Shown: in pieces, positions 29,125 to 46,737 of the stretch
Numbering within the stretch: the stretch's first letter is position 1
How the letters are laid out: the number at the start of each line of letters is the position of its first letter
Origin: the human T2T-CHM13v2.0 reference genome, Homo sapiens
Strand: one strand, 5' to 3'
NCBI RefSeq assembly: GCF_009914755.1
Contig: NC_060926.1
Length of the DNA: 64,000 nucleotides
Notes under the pieces: model-generated
The model's database searches: none
Told to the model about the DNA's origin: nothing
The model's input: the letters and a program-made list of their open reading frames with translations, nothing else
Program-made: the position numbers and the translations under genes

Positions 29125-30234
29125 TGACTGTCCCTTCCAAATTGAATTTTTGATTCATTCACCACCTTTGATGCTACACTAGCCAAGTTCTCCTAGCTCT
29201 GGAGATTAATAATAATTATATAAATAATTATGTATTATAATTAAGAAAATAATAATTATTATTCCTAATAATCAGCCCTTTGCTCACCATATTCCGTTAC
29301 TACTGATCTCAGCTGCCAAATCCGCATTCACATCATTTCAAGAATCACCTCTAGGCAAGCCCTGGATCACCGGCAACCCAAATCTCTATGTCCGCTATCT
29401 AGTAGGACACCTTCAACTACAGGTTTCTACCACTTCAAGGCCAACATGTCTAAAACAGACTTCCTTTCCCTTCTCTAAAAATCAGTTCCCATAGAAACCT
29501 CCCTATTTCTGTCAGAAATAAAAATACTCTCAATCTTCAATCAATCCCACCGTGTACTATTAAACGTTAATTTTTTCTAAAACACCCCTTTGCAACCACC
29601 TACTACACTACTTAAAACCCCCAGTGATTCTGAGTGTCTACAGGCCAGATGTCCAAGCTCCTCAGCCAAGTATCCAAGACTCACCCAAAGGTAGCTCCAC
29701 CTGCAGCCCAGCTTCCTCCTCCCACCCATCTCCTCACCACTGAGGGTGCACTCAACACTAGCTCAACAGGCCACCTGAAGCCGTCCCCTGGTACCTTGTG
29801 CTCTCATTTTCCCTGTGCCCAGTTCGTCTCTGCTCCTCCTCTCTCACGGATGTAAACTCTACCCTTTCTTCAAGGTCTAGAGGAAGTCGCATTCTTTTAT
29901 GAAATCTTGACTGACTGCTGCGCCATCAGTGAATTCTCCCACCTCCACACTCCTAAGTCACCTGACCCTGGGCCTTTGCATTTTACATGGCCCACTTATC
30001 TCCCTGCTTCTCTAAACAGAGATCATTTTTTCTTTGTTTTTGTATCTTCTGTGCTAAGTGCAGGTACAGGGCACTGCATAGTGGGTACTAAACATTTTCT
30101 CAAAATGCTAATGAGTGACAGATTAGGTAGCATTATTACCTGATTCTGGAGGGCCTTGAAAGCCAAGCTATATGGAAACATTTTATTATAGGCAAGAAGG
30201 ATAAAATAAAGGCTTCTCTATGATAATTAAATTA

Positions 30235-30536
<302 letters not shown>

Positions 30537-32132
30537 TTCCATCAACAGACAAAACTGTATCCATTTTAGACATACCTCAAACCTCAGTCAATCTGAATTA
30601 ACCAACAGTACAAATGCAATATTCTTAAATGCCATATCATAATATAAATATTTACAACAGCCTCCCTACGCTCCTCATTAAGCTATTATTTTGTGTAATA
30701 TTTTTAAAAGAGGTATAACATGCACAAAGTGCGAAAAATATACTAATTTTCACTGTACTACTTGATGATTTTTTACATATGTATACACTGGCATAACTAC
30801 TGCCCAGATCAAGATATGAATGATTTCCAACAGCCCCAAAAGGTTAAACAATACTGTTGTACTTAAAGAAATTTATGCACAGAATCTATTTCAATGACGA
30901 AAAACAAATCTTTAAGTAATAGCTATTTTCCTATATTTAGCTACAATGCTATAAATGTGAAAAGACTATGACTATCCCCACAATGTGCCAAATTCTAAGA
31001 CCGCTACTGGAAATAATGGAGGTACAAAATGGGAAAAAAAAAAAAAAAGAGCAGTCCTTATCTTCATGAAACTTACACTCTAGTGGTAAGAAGGATGTGG
31101 AAATCAATCATTACAAGGCAATAGGTTATGTGCCCTAATGGCAATGTGCAGAGTACCCAGGAAGGGGCACCTAGGGTAAGGAGACTTAACAAAGAAGGTA
31201 ACACCTCAAATAAGCCTTGAAAAATAAACAGGAGTTCATCAGGCAGAGGAGGGAATAACATTCCTAGCAGAGGGAACAGAATAAACACAGAAACAACGTT
31301 CACAGAACATTAGACAATCGGTTGTATCTAAAACACAGCATATATGGAAAGAAATGGCAAGAAGTGAGCCTGCAAGACAGGCTGAAGCCAAACTGAGAAG
31401 CCTGGGTTTTATCCCGAAACAGTGAAAGCCAACGAAGCTTTCCAAAAGTAAGAAGAAAAAAAGATAATTAGGTAGGTATTTATGCAATGATTGAGGTAAG
31501 TGTTAAGGATTTAAAAAAAAAAAAGAATAGCACATCATTCTGGGGTGCTTTCTGGAGGTGATGGCAAATGGGCAGAGCCTCAGAGATGATGTGAAGCTGA
31601 GGAGGAAGAGGCGGGCACACTGTGAAGGGCCCTGGACCGTGGGTCATTCGGTGGCTGGCATGCAAGGAACCATGGCGGACAAGCAGTAAGAGAAGGGGAA
31701 AAAGGAAGGCAAGGCCCATCTTCACCCATCATACCAGAGATGGTCTTCAGGAATTTAAGCACAAGAGAAACATAACCAAACTTCAATTTCAGAAAGATCT
31801 CTCACACAACAATACAGAGAAAGCAGATAGGACTGAATGTAGGAAGGAGAGTTACAATAGAAAACTTCAAACAATGAAGACAGGGACTCTGTTATCCCGG
31901 TCAGTTTTCTTGGGAATGATGAATGTGACATAAGAAAACATCAGAAGGATACTTACTACATAATACACCCAGGGAATCCATCTATGAGATATATATCTAT
32001 ATAAAATACATTAATATACAAAAATATAAAATACATTAGAGAAGCCTCATGAAATCATATAAAAATGTTTATAACTTAGACACTGAGTGGACATAACATG
32101 GACTGGAACCTGAAAAGATGCTGCTGACCTAC

Positions 32133-32231
32133 CTTATCAGAGCAGTTGACTTTAGCACCATTTTGCAGTAAAAGATGAACTATATCTGCATGGCCTCTCC
32201 CTGCTGCCCAAATGATTGGGTAAACACTGTA
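32133..32231 (-). CDS. KIDINS220: KIDINS220 exon 6, ankyrin repeat ([33 protein letters not shown]); alternative start at 32234 adds Gln
   Basis: 99 nt, tagcag| ... |GTAGGT. Confidence 0.95.
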
Positions 32232-32237
32232 CTGCTA

Positions 32238-32316
32238 GGATAGATTGGTTGGTAGGTAGGTAGATAAGTAGGAAGGAAGGAAAGAAAGAAAGGAAGGAGG
32301 GAGGGAGGGAAGGAGA
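32238..32316. repeat. Compound (TAGG)n/(AAGG)n purine-rich microsatellite at the exon 6 acceptor
   Basis: Seen directly. Confidence 0.85.
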
Positions 32317-32974
32317 AATAAAATCTTTTAGGTAGATATTTACAACACACATTTGCTAAGTAAAGTAAACATCAAAGGAAGTAACACAAAGTAATGTTTT
32401 TTTTAAATCAGATTACAAACCATTCTCCACTTTAAAAATAGACAAAATACTCATAATACATAATTGGCAACTAAGATATAATAAATCTTAAGTAAACATA
32501 TATTATGAACACATTTATTTTTATAAATTCAACACATTAAAATGTGGTTATCTGGCCAACAGGCAATACTAGTAAGAAGAAAGCAAAATAAGAGGAATGT
32601 AAATATATATAACAGAATGTATAGAAAAACAGTATGATTATTTTGTAAATGTTTCTTTTCTTTAAGTTCAGATTAAGGATTCACACACAGAAAAGAGGAA
32701 GATGACTAAAGATCTCAAAATCTCCTTTTGCAATGTTATATAGTTATAATTAACATTTAAGCTCTAAGAGCTGCCTTTTTGCTGACAACAATTGAGAAAT
32801 ACTTAGCTTTAGAAAAAAATTATCATTACTGTGTTTTGAAATCATATTCTATGTTACGTTTAATAAGATAAAGAATATTTCTACCCACCACGAAGCCAAA
32901 TATAATCAACCTTAAGTATTCCCTAAGAAAACTTACCACTTATAATACAAACAAATTTTTTTGTTAATGCTTAC

Positions 32975-33073
32975 CAGACCAGTGACACTTGGATTGGCAC
33001 CATGAGAAAGAAGCAACTCTACTACGTCAGTACGGCCTTTGTAACATGCCCACATAAGAGCTGTCCATCCTCC
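32975..33073 (-). CDS. KIDINS220: KIDINS220 exon 5, ankyrin repeat ([33 protein letters not shown])
   Basis: 99 nt, gtttag| ... |GTAAGC. Confidence 0.96.
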
Positions 33074-33379
33074 CTAAACAAAAAATGTAGGGGTAAGGGA
33101 ATCAAACTTTAAATCATCTCTGAGTATAAAAAATGTCACTAATGAAATTTCTTTAGTAAATATCTTTATAAATCATTGTTTCATGATGGTAGTATTATAT
33201 AGTTCTAAATTCCCAGGCTCCCCAAATACAATAGTACATGAAATAAGTCAAATCTCTTGCATCCACAAATGGTTAGTCCAAAGTTTATAATATATTATGA
33301 AACCTGAATTAGAGAACATTCATTATGAACTCTTCCAAACTTCTAAGATTTATTTTGGCTGTCCAAAAATATTTCTTCA

Positions 33380-33714
<335 letters not shown>

Positions 33715-34029
33715 CTAGATATTCACTTCTTTCTATGAATTTAAACTTTATTCAGAGAGAGATTCTAACAATCATATTCAACTCCTGCATTTGAACACAT
33801 CCTTTAAATCCCAGATCATTTTAGTACCTCTTGCTAAAAGAGAGAGGATGCTAAGGCATCTCATCTGTGACCAGAATTTCCAGAGGTAGGCAAAGTCATC
33901 AGGTATGAATCAACACCACACTTGATGATGTTCTACTTGCTAAGCTACAGGAGAAATTTTCTCCTTAACTACGATACGATTCAATAAAAAAGACCAATGT
34001 AATCAAATCTTACTAAGGAATTTTTTTTT

Positions 34030-34740
34030 TAAGTATGGAGCATCTTAAAAGGGCACAGAGCCAGCCTGAAAGAGCTTCTAATGGATAAAGTTGGAACAAC
34101 TTGAGCAGTAATATTAGTACTGGGCTATAACCCAAGGAATAAATATTCATAAGTCCATACTGAAATAGAAAGATATAGATAGATATATAGATGAATGGAT
34201 GAATGGATGGATGGATGGACAGACAGATGATAGACAGATAGAGTAGGGTGTGGGGAAGGGAAGTAGGCACTCTTCCTTACAGAAGAATTCTAACTAATTA
34301 ATGTACAACATATGAGGGAAACAGAAAATCATCATTACACCACCACAGTTATGGTAGTAACTGCTGCAAGTAAGATTCACTGATGAATGCTAAATCAAAT
34401 AGGTGAAAGTTTTAGTCAGAATAAAGATATTTTGTTTAGTGTCAAAGTATCTTCCCCCAAATATTTAGTAATTACAAAGTGAAAAATAGTGCTCTTACAG
34501 TGGCAGACACCACCCTAATCAAGAGATGAAGGCTGACATCACCAGTGATACAAACTGAAATCACGTTCCCCCTAGGGGGTACACCAAGAAAAGCACATCG
34601 CCTCTGGGACATCCTTCCCTCTAAAGCACATCTGCAACTGAACACAAGAAACATCCACAAATCCAAACTGAGGAACATTCTAAAATTACTGATGAGTACT
34701 CCTCTAAAGTGTCAAGGCCACAAAAGACACAATTTAGGTG
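34030..34740 (+). mobile_element. L1MC-type 3' end fragment with internal (GATA)/(GGAT) repeat
   Basis: Recalled L1MC3/4 3' UTR motifs (gggcacagagccagcctgaaagagct). Confidence 0.7.
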
Positions 34741-34856
34741 AAATTACAGAGCTGGGCATTTGATCAAGTCAAGTCTTACATCTGTATTTTAACTTGTAAA
34801 ATACTTGCCCAGAACTTTTTAACATCATGTCCTCACTTCAATTTGAATAATGTCCC

Positions 34857-35519
<663 letters not shown>

Positions 35520-36029
35520 TTAACTATAGTGTAGCTTTATATTTCATGAACTCTTTCTTCATTTTGGTGCCAGTAGAAGTCCTCACAGGAAGAGTCCTCA
35601 CTAGACTTCTGATATGAAATCCTGGAATTCTTCCTGAGCCCCACAGGATCTCAGTGGTCACTCTCCTCTCCTTAAGCAAGTCCCAGGGACTCTGTCTTCC
35701 CTCAACTTGGGAAGTTGAGTAGTTACTTGGGTAGTTACTACCACCCACCCACCCAATCCTTTGAGGTTAAGGTCCCACAAAACTAGCTACTAAGAGAGAC
35801 ATGGTCCTCAGTTTCCCCAACTTTCAGTGTTTTAAAGCCAAAATAAAGAACCTTTAATAAAGATCCTTTAAATGTTAAAGGTTTTCTGGTCATCACTTTG
35901 AAGAAATAGGAAGAGCCAAAAAAGTTTAAGAAATCAGTTTTTACAAATCTTAATACATTTTTACACATTCATAACGTATATTTTATTGTTCCTAATTCCC
36001 TTGCTGATCTATGTAAAACAATGATAGAG

Positions 36030-36240
36030 GAGAAAGCCTCTGGAGCAGGGAGACCTGGTTCAAAACCCAGCCTAAGTGCTTACTAGCTGTGTGACTTAGG
36101 ATAAAGATTCACTTCTTCCAGTCTCAATTTCCTCAACTATACATTGAGAATAAAATCAACCTTAGTCCACAGGATTGTTCTGAGAAGTCAGTTAAATGAC
36201 ACAGCAGCTATAAAGCACCTAAAGAAGCCAGGCACGGAAT
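36030..36240 (+). mobile_element. MIR
   Basis: MIR core acctggttcaaaacccagc...cttactagctgtgtgactt...tctcaatttcctca. Confidence 0.8.
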
Positions 36241-37355
36241 AACTGGTATGGTACCTATTGGTATGGTACCTATTCCACCCCTGGCCTCTCTAGGTGCTTT
36301 ATAGCCACTGTGTCATTAACCCATCTGATAATCTGGTAAGGTACCTTTAATAAAATATTGAGAACTCGATAACTCCCTGCATTTCCCTTCTACCTTTCGT
36401 ACCAACAAGGCAAGAACCACATTTCACTCTCGGCTGTCATATCCGTCTTTGCCTCAGTTACTGACATCATTATCTTCTCTCCCTAAACTTTCACTGCAAC
36501 GTACTTAAGTTCTTTTTGGAAATATGTAAGATACCAGTGGTTCCCTGTATCTTCCTATAAAAATAAAGATACCACCCATTGCACTTAGTTTTGAGAACAA
36601 ATATAAGATTATACAGGTTGAACTACTGTGAAATTATAATGTGCTATTAAGGGCAAAATGGTGAAATGCTGTGGCTTCTTAAAAACTCAGACCGTCTGTA
36701 CTTCAAAAACCATCATCAGCTAAGTAATAAATATTTTATATATCACAGCAGATCGTTTTCTTCCTTTCTTCTACTGTTAAAATCAACTTTTAAAAGGGCT
36801 GAACATTTTACAGAATTAGCCAGAAATGACCTCTCTCTTCACCTTATGCTTTAACCAGATGCCAAACTCAAGTAAGAGCTAAGTAATAATTAAGGATCAC
36901 ATCTTGTTAAACTTCTGTCATGCACAGATAGCATGTCTGAAAATAATCACATTTTTAAAAATAAATCTAAAAATATTATTCTGAAAAGTATAACTTCAAA
37001 CACCTGATAATAGTTTTAAAACCATACGCTGTCCCTCCTAAAGTCCTACCTAAAGGAAACAACTGTCTCAGAAGTTCCAAAACGTTGATATATTAAAGAG
37101 TAATGAGTTATTTGTAACAATATGTCAGAATTTTAAACTCCAAAATAAATGAAAAATGATGACTAAGAATATTCTAAGAGGTATATTACAACACCTGGGT
37201 TTTAAAACATTCTTGAGGGTCATTTCAATGCCCAATCCCAAATTCTAAAAACATTATTATAATATCATTTCACACATAAAAATAAAATATTTCACACATA
37301 TCTATGATTATAAATAAGATTTCAGCTAATTAAGAACATATAAAAATGTCCATAC

Positions 37356-37454
37356 CATATCACGGTGCTCCAAGTTAACCCCACATTTCAGTAGTTCCTC
37401 TACGATGTGCACATGCCCTTCTTTCGATGCAGATATAAGTGCTGTCCAATTATC
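37356..37454 (-). CDS. KIDINS220: KIDINS220 exon 4, ankyrin repeat ([33 protein letters not shown])
   Basis: 99 nt, ttcaag| ... |GTATGG. Confidence 0.96.
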
Positions 37455-38432
37455 CTTGAACATATATTTTAAAAGTTATCATTTTCAAACCAAAAATAAC
37501 ACGTCAAAGTAAGGAAAACTACATTTGAACTTACATACCAAATGATCATACCAAGTTGACATGGTGTGACCCATGCTAACTAAACTACTCTAAAGTCATA
37601 CTGAAGCTCTCTTAAGATTCTATCTGTCCACTTGCATCACTAAGAATGGGGTAAACATGGCTTTACAACTGCTTGTTCAGTCTACTCACTGAACTTCTAA
37701 TCATATACTGCGCTTTTTAAAAACGAGAAAAGATGATCATCAAAACCTCAAAGCTAATCCTCATGGCTAGCCACCATTACTGTAATATAAATTGGAATTA
37801 AAGAGACTGTAATCAGATTTAAAAGCACATTCACAGGTTAGCAGACTACAGAGATCTCATATGATGTGTTTAGAAACCATGTGATAAAGAACTATTCTCT
37901 TTTATTTTTTAATTCCTAACTGTAATATAATTCAAATGATCATTCAATTAAGAAACAAAATAGATGTAGCTGTGTGACCCTCAAAAGCAATTCCAAAAAT
38001 ACAGGGAGAATCAGAGGAAATGTAACCGTGTGGAATGTTGATTTACCCCTCACAAGTGATATCAGAAGGGACCATATATTCCTGGCCATTATCGCATGTA
38101 ATGATATTATTTATAATAAGTTACCATTATGGGGAGTTACTTAACATGACTCGTATGTGGATATCTTCTAGGTAGATATTTAACTATATGTACACATGCT
38201 CTCTATTCAGCCAGTCTCATCCATATAAAAAAACCAAAGAGCTGAGATCCTTCATTGAAAGTAAAAATTTCTCTCCTGTATTACTCCTTTTAAAAAAAAC
38301 TGATATAGCCCACTAGGCAAAGTTGAAATATATGTAAAAGTTTTAATTACTACTTTTGAATCACTTCTGAAAAACAAAAAAATAGCTAAGAAAAAAGTGA
38401 GTAAATGATGAGTAAATTATTTTAATATATAC

Positions 38433-38531
38433 CAAATCTTCCAGATTGCAGTTAGCTCCATTCTTAATTAATTCCTTCACTATTTCCAGATTGCCTTGTT
38501 CGGCAGCTATCATCAGTGGAGTCTGGCCACA
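38433..38531 (-). CDS. KIDINS220: KIDINS220 exon 3, ankyrin repeat ([33 protein letters not shown])
   Basis: 99 nt, phase 0/0, ctctag| ... |GTATAT; ANK consensus. Confidence 0.96.
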
Positions 38532-39188
38532 CTAGAGAATATAAAAGACAAAGGGAACTTATCAAGTTACTGCACTTTTACTAAAACATCACAGTTAAAT
38601 ATACCACACATTTTCATGAATGTATGTTAAGCATTGTTTAGTTGTGTTTACTATATTTAATTTAGAAACAGCTTTGAACTTTAAGTTTCAGTTTACTAAT
38701 AATTTAAAAGTCAAAGAAAAAATAAAACATAATTTTTCTTCCCACAGTATTAATAATCTGTTTTTGGCACTGCAAATTCATTTAAAGTAAGTAAATATGA
38801 ATAACACTAGGATTTGGAATGCAATTACTGAAATATACATAAAATTTCAGAATACTTATGGTAGCCAAATTCTCTAACAATACAGGTAGAATATGATCTA
38901 AAATGTGTTTTTAATTATATATATGTTTTGTCTGAAATAGGACGAGAAGAAGAAAAGTAAAATAATAAATAAAAACAACCAGGTGCTATGTATAATACAC
39001 ATATGTAGTTTTTTAAAGCCTTCTCTTAGAAACTTAGTTCATTAAACTAAATAAAGCTCCTACTGCTGAAATCAGTGTCCCAGCCTTTGTGTTAAGAATG
39101 AGTCACAGGAGTACAGAGACGATGCTCCCTCAGCCCTGGAGATGAGGGCAGGGCTCAGGCAGCTGGGTGCCTAGACAAGTCACCCCTA

Positions 39189-39576
<388 letters not shown>

Positions 39577-42077
39577 TTAAAATTTTTCAAAAAAGGAAGT
39601 ACCAGGTTAAAGAGTGATGATACTAAAGGTACTAAGACACACTAAGGCATATGAGAAAAATGTACACCAAAAATTAAGTTTAATTATGCAAACACTTAAA
39701 CACCTACTTACTACATGTATATTAGTATGGAGGGAAAATCTATGATTCTTTTAAATGCCCACCTGACATTATTCCTCTGCTTCAAACCCTTCAATGTTTT
39801 CCCATAGTTCTTCTGGATAAGAACCGACATCCTTACCCAAGCTGACACAAACCCTGAGTGACGCGGAGCAGGGCATGCCTGGCCCTCGACCCAGTCTGTG
39901 CCACCCCCGGCCTCAACGTGTCCTCCTGCTCATTCCCACCTCCTTACTGATCCCCTATAATTTACTTTTCCTATACTAATCCTTGTTTGTAACCACATTT
40001 TCATTGTGTGATTAACAACTGATTATTGTCTGTCTCCCCTAAACGCCGGGAAACATGTCTGTTTTGCTTATGGGTTTAAAACTATATACCCAGTGTGAGG
40101 GACAGTGGCTGCCACACAGGTACCCAAATATTTGCTGAGTAAACGAGTGAGCAAAGTCTCAAAGAATTTAAAAATCTATTAGGCACAACATCCAAATAAG
40201 CAAATAGTTATAATGATTACCAAAATACAACAGATGCTATTATAAGAATAATACAAGTAAGGATTTAAACACGAACGCTGGTTTAAAGTTCAAGTATCGG
40301 TCACGTTAAATATAGACATTCCTATGTAAGGATGGATGCTAAATTATACGTGGTAGCCACATGTCATCCAACCAGGGTCATTAGGGAATGACGTATTACA
40401 CATAAATAGATTTTCTTGGTGAAAAAATTTATCTTCTCAACATTCAAGCTGATTATAACTTTTATGATAATCATCACTCTGAAAAGCTATGCACGTACTG
40501 CTAGTTATTAAGCAGATGGCCTTAAAAGTTATGTTTAGAATTCTGAGTCGTCACTACCAACATCAATTACTATGCCACGCACGCCTCTGTCCGCTCTAGG
40601 TTCTTTGGTATACATTCTATAGAACTGTTCTCCCTTCTAATCTACTGGGATAAAAAGTCAGGTATCAAAGTCATTGGTAGAATATATAAATTAAAGCAAC
40701 AAACTCTAAATCCACAGTCCTGAGAATACATCAATTTTACATCACAGTTTTCAAAATTATAATTCCAAAGACTCAGGGAAGTTTTCTGTTTACGCTCTGG
40801 GTCACAGTTACATTTCAGATGTTCACATAGGTAAGTGTTTCTAGATAATGAGAGAAAAACATAATATAAATGTTTTAATAATATAAATGTTATAAATATA
40901 TAACATAATATAAATGTTATAAATACATATAACACAAGTAGGAAAGATGGTATAAATTTGATAGCCTAGAAACATGCCAAATGAAAGATTAGAATTGTCA
41001 TTATTTTCTCTTGCAGAAACTATTAGCTGTCCACCCAGTATCTAGAAAGACAGGGCTTGTTGCGGGTGGCAATGAGCTCAGCTGAAAAAAAAAAACACCC
41101 AGTGTTCAGCCTCACTTGCAGCTGGAAATAATCCCACAACGGTGCCCTGGCTAGCTCTCCCAGGAAAGCGCTGTACTAATTCAGCTGGTCTGTGCCTTTT
41201 CCTTCTTCTTGCCCAATACTGAGACACAGTGCTGGAGCTTTTGCTACATGACTGATGTGATGCAATAGGCACACAGTGAGGACTGGCCAGAAAGAAAGGA
41301 GCCTGGGTTCTGAAGCCATCTATCAGCCTTGAAATGGCTCATCTAGCTTGTCATGTGAGAAAAACAAAACCTTAATTTATCTAAATCACTGTTTTGAGAG
41401 CTGTTCCATGCACTACAAAGCAATTCTTAACTGATGCACCTTTTGTAGCTACGCTATCCAAAAAGATAATGACTTTCAGGAAAGGCTGCCATAAAGTTTT
41501 ACAGGATCCCCAAAAATAGAACGATTGTTATTTTAAAAGTTGGGCCTGAAAATAAAGCCTATCTTTGGATTCTCCTAGTTCTTGCTTAACCAGTCCAGTA
41601 ACTACAGTTGTAGAGATAGAGTAACTTATGTCATGAAAACTTTCATTTTTCTACTTGAAAATGTATCAGTAAAGATCCTTTCCATACCTGACCCCACACA
41701 TCCCAGCAAATTCCATGCCTATCTCCTTCTAGAAAACACAGGATTACATTCCACATAATCCCCGCTCTACTACTCATAGTGACTTCAAGCCAAAACACAC
41801 CAAAAACAAAACAGAACACTACGCACCTACTGAAATACTGGACTTTATCTCAGCTTCCCAGAAGACTACAATGCAAAAACAACTACTATTTAAGCATCTT
41901 TTTGCTCTTCCCAATTTCTAGGTTCCCATTTCTACTTATTTAAGTGTATGAGACCTAAATAACCACTGTTTTTTTTAAAGCAGTCCTTCTGGAGGGTTTC
42001 TACTTCTTCCAATAACCACAGTGAAACTAAAACATTTCGAAATCCTCCTTTGAAATTTCCTTTAAAGTCTATTTACA

Positions 42078-42386
42078 GGCCAGGCGCAGTGACTCTCATG
42101 CCTGTAATCCTAGCACTTTGGGAGGCTGAGGCAGGTGGATCACTTGTGCCCAGGAGTTGTAGAATAGCCTGGGCAACATTGTGAAACTTCATCTCTACAA
42201 AAAAAATTTTTTTTAATGAGCCAGGCGTGGTAGCACACGCCTGTAGTCCTAGCTACTCAGGTGGCTGAGATGGAAGGATTGCTTAAGCCCAGCAGGTCAA
42301 GGCTGCAGTGAGCTGGATCATGCCACTACACTCCAGCCTGGGCAACAGAGCAAGGCCCTGTCTCAAAAAAAATAAAATAAAATAAA
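42078..42386 (+). mobile_element. Alu (J-like)
   Basis: Dimeric Alu. Confidence 0.94.
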
Positions 42387-42710
42387 GTTTACTCATAAAC
42401 ATACAGCAAAATCCATTGTTTAAAGTCTCAGTTCATTTTCTTAAACGGGAAAAAAATGACCAGCCTCAACACTATTCCCTTATACCAAGGACAGCTGACA
42501 GTGACTGTTTGTTCCTTTCAAAAATAAAATAAAAATAAAAACTCTTCACTACTCTATAAAGGACAAAGATTTGCCATCATTGAGAATATTCATAGGCCAA
42601 AGATTTATCTAGTTTATAAATAAAGCAATAAAAGGAAACTAGAATTCACTGTTTGTGGGCAATTATGTGCTAATAAGCACAGTATCAGGCAATTTTATCC
42701 CTTTTTAAAT

Positions 42711-42990
42711 TTGTTTATTTTATATTTTTTAGAGATAGGGTCTCAGTCTGTTGCCCAGGCTGAAGTGTAGTGGTGCAGTCATAGCTCACTGCAGCCTTGA
42801 ACTCCTGGGGTCAAGCAATCCTCCCACCTCAGCCTCCCAAGTAGCTAGGTCTAAAAGGTGCCACACCTGGCTAATATTTTTTAGAAGTAGGGTCTCACTA
42901 CAGTGCCCAGGCTGGTCTCAAACTCCTAGGCTCAAGAGATTCAGCCTCTCAAAGTGCTGGGATTACAGGTGTGAGCCACCACATACAGCC
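42711..42990 (-). mobile_element. Alu (J-like)
   Basis: Reverse Alu with internal deletions. Confidence 0.92.
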
Positions 42991-44137
42991 TACCCACATT
43001 ATTTTAATTGATCTAATACTTAAGAATCTTTCTCAAAACTGGTAACCAAACACATTAACATGAAGTTACATAAATATTTTTTAAAATGAGAATAAAGGGG
43101 AAAAAATACAAACAACTTTTTGTAATTCTATAAAAATTACACTTTATCAGAAGTTGTAAAAGCAAAATGCTAAAAAAAAAAAAAAAAAATACCAACTTTT
43201 ACACTGAGCCATAACTGAAAAAGCCTAGATGGTTTCAAATTATCACGTTAAAACTCCAATTTAAATTGATACAATATTAAACTGGATATGTTAATTAATA
43301 TCCATTAAATGCTTATCTCGCATGATGCTAAATTAAGCTCTATGCCAGTGCTTTACTCCTTATAGCAATAAGATTAATTTTACGCTTATTGATGTGCTAT
43401 TTTTTCCTTCCAAGTGAAGCTGTTTTCTTAGCATTCCCTAGACAAGTGTCTCTAAAGTAAAATTTAATGTTTTGAAACTATCATATGGTTATTCCAAATA
43501 TGCTAACATATGCTAACAAAATGACTACTTCTGTAATCTTTTTGTAACAACCTCCAATTATAAATGTTATATCTTATCTATGTATAACAACTTTTGACTA
43601 TTCATAATCATTGAAGGGGGTAATGATGTTAACTAATGAAAATATATTTTGTTCAATATAGAAACATTGAAAATATAGGCATTATCATTAAATAAATTTT
43701 ATTCTGAAGACTCAAAAAAAAAACATAGAGCTTACACAGATTATAATTTGTTTAAAGTCAAATAGAGCAAAGTTCAAATATGGACTCTACCAAATAATAT
43801 CTTAGATAGGAAACTGAGGAATTCAGTCATTTACTCATAAATAAAGATAAATAACAGTATTATTCTTTATACAGCTGCTACGCAAGTTAAATGAGCTAAG
43901 ATATAGAAAATATATACCAGAATATTTGCATAAGTATTCAATAAAAACATTAGCTATTATTCAATAGCTAATGAAAATGAACGAAAACATTCAATAAAAA
44001 CATTAGCTATTATTGTAATAACAACATTTTTATATCAACATTTCCTTAACGACTGAGTTAACATTAAATGATATTAGGTACCACAGGTCAGAAAAAGTAA
44101 TAATAAAGTAATTCAGCAGCTTTAAAAACATTTATAC

Positions 44138-45265
<1,128 letters not shown>

Positions 45266-45556
45266 ATAAATAAAACTTTTTATATGTCTACACAAGATAT
45301 ATATGTAAGCAAATATATACAAACACATAAGTATATATACATACACATACACATATAGTGTAAAATAAAAAACCACTCCTTATTCATCTTATCTACTGGC
45401 AAGAAATATTATACTCTTGAAAACACACACAGTTCTAAGAGACAGGGTTGTTTTCCTTAAGTTTTGTAAAACAAACACATACCCTGATACTTACAATATT
45501 TATACAAAACTGTATTAGCACCTAAAATGTCCTGCCAAATAATAATAGCTTGGCTT

Positions 45557-45883
<327 letters not shown>

Positions 45884-45990
45884 CTAAGATCCACATTTTT
45901 TACCTCATAACATTGAGGAGAAATATCTCATTTGAGTTAATGTTTATTAGTGTGTTACTAAATATAATACATAACCTATTTAACTCTCTA

Positions 45991-46453
<463 letters not shown>

Positions 46454-46737
46454 TCACAGAAGTACTTGATTTCAGTAATCAAGCTTCCTGAATATTAATT
46501 ATTCCATCAGGGGAAAAAAAACAATAAATCTAAATTCAACAGTCATTTATATAAGTTAAAATGTACTCCAAAAACATGAAATTTGAAGTACTTTTAACTA
46601 TAAGACATTCTATCATAAGTACAGTGCAGTATTACTAAGGGTTAGAACTACCTATTTCTTACACACTTCTATCCTATACATAGCAGGCAGTCAACAAATA
46701 TTTGTGAAAGAATGTAATTTTGCAAACTTGGTCTTAC

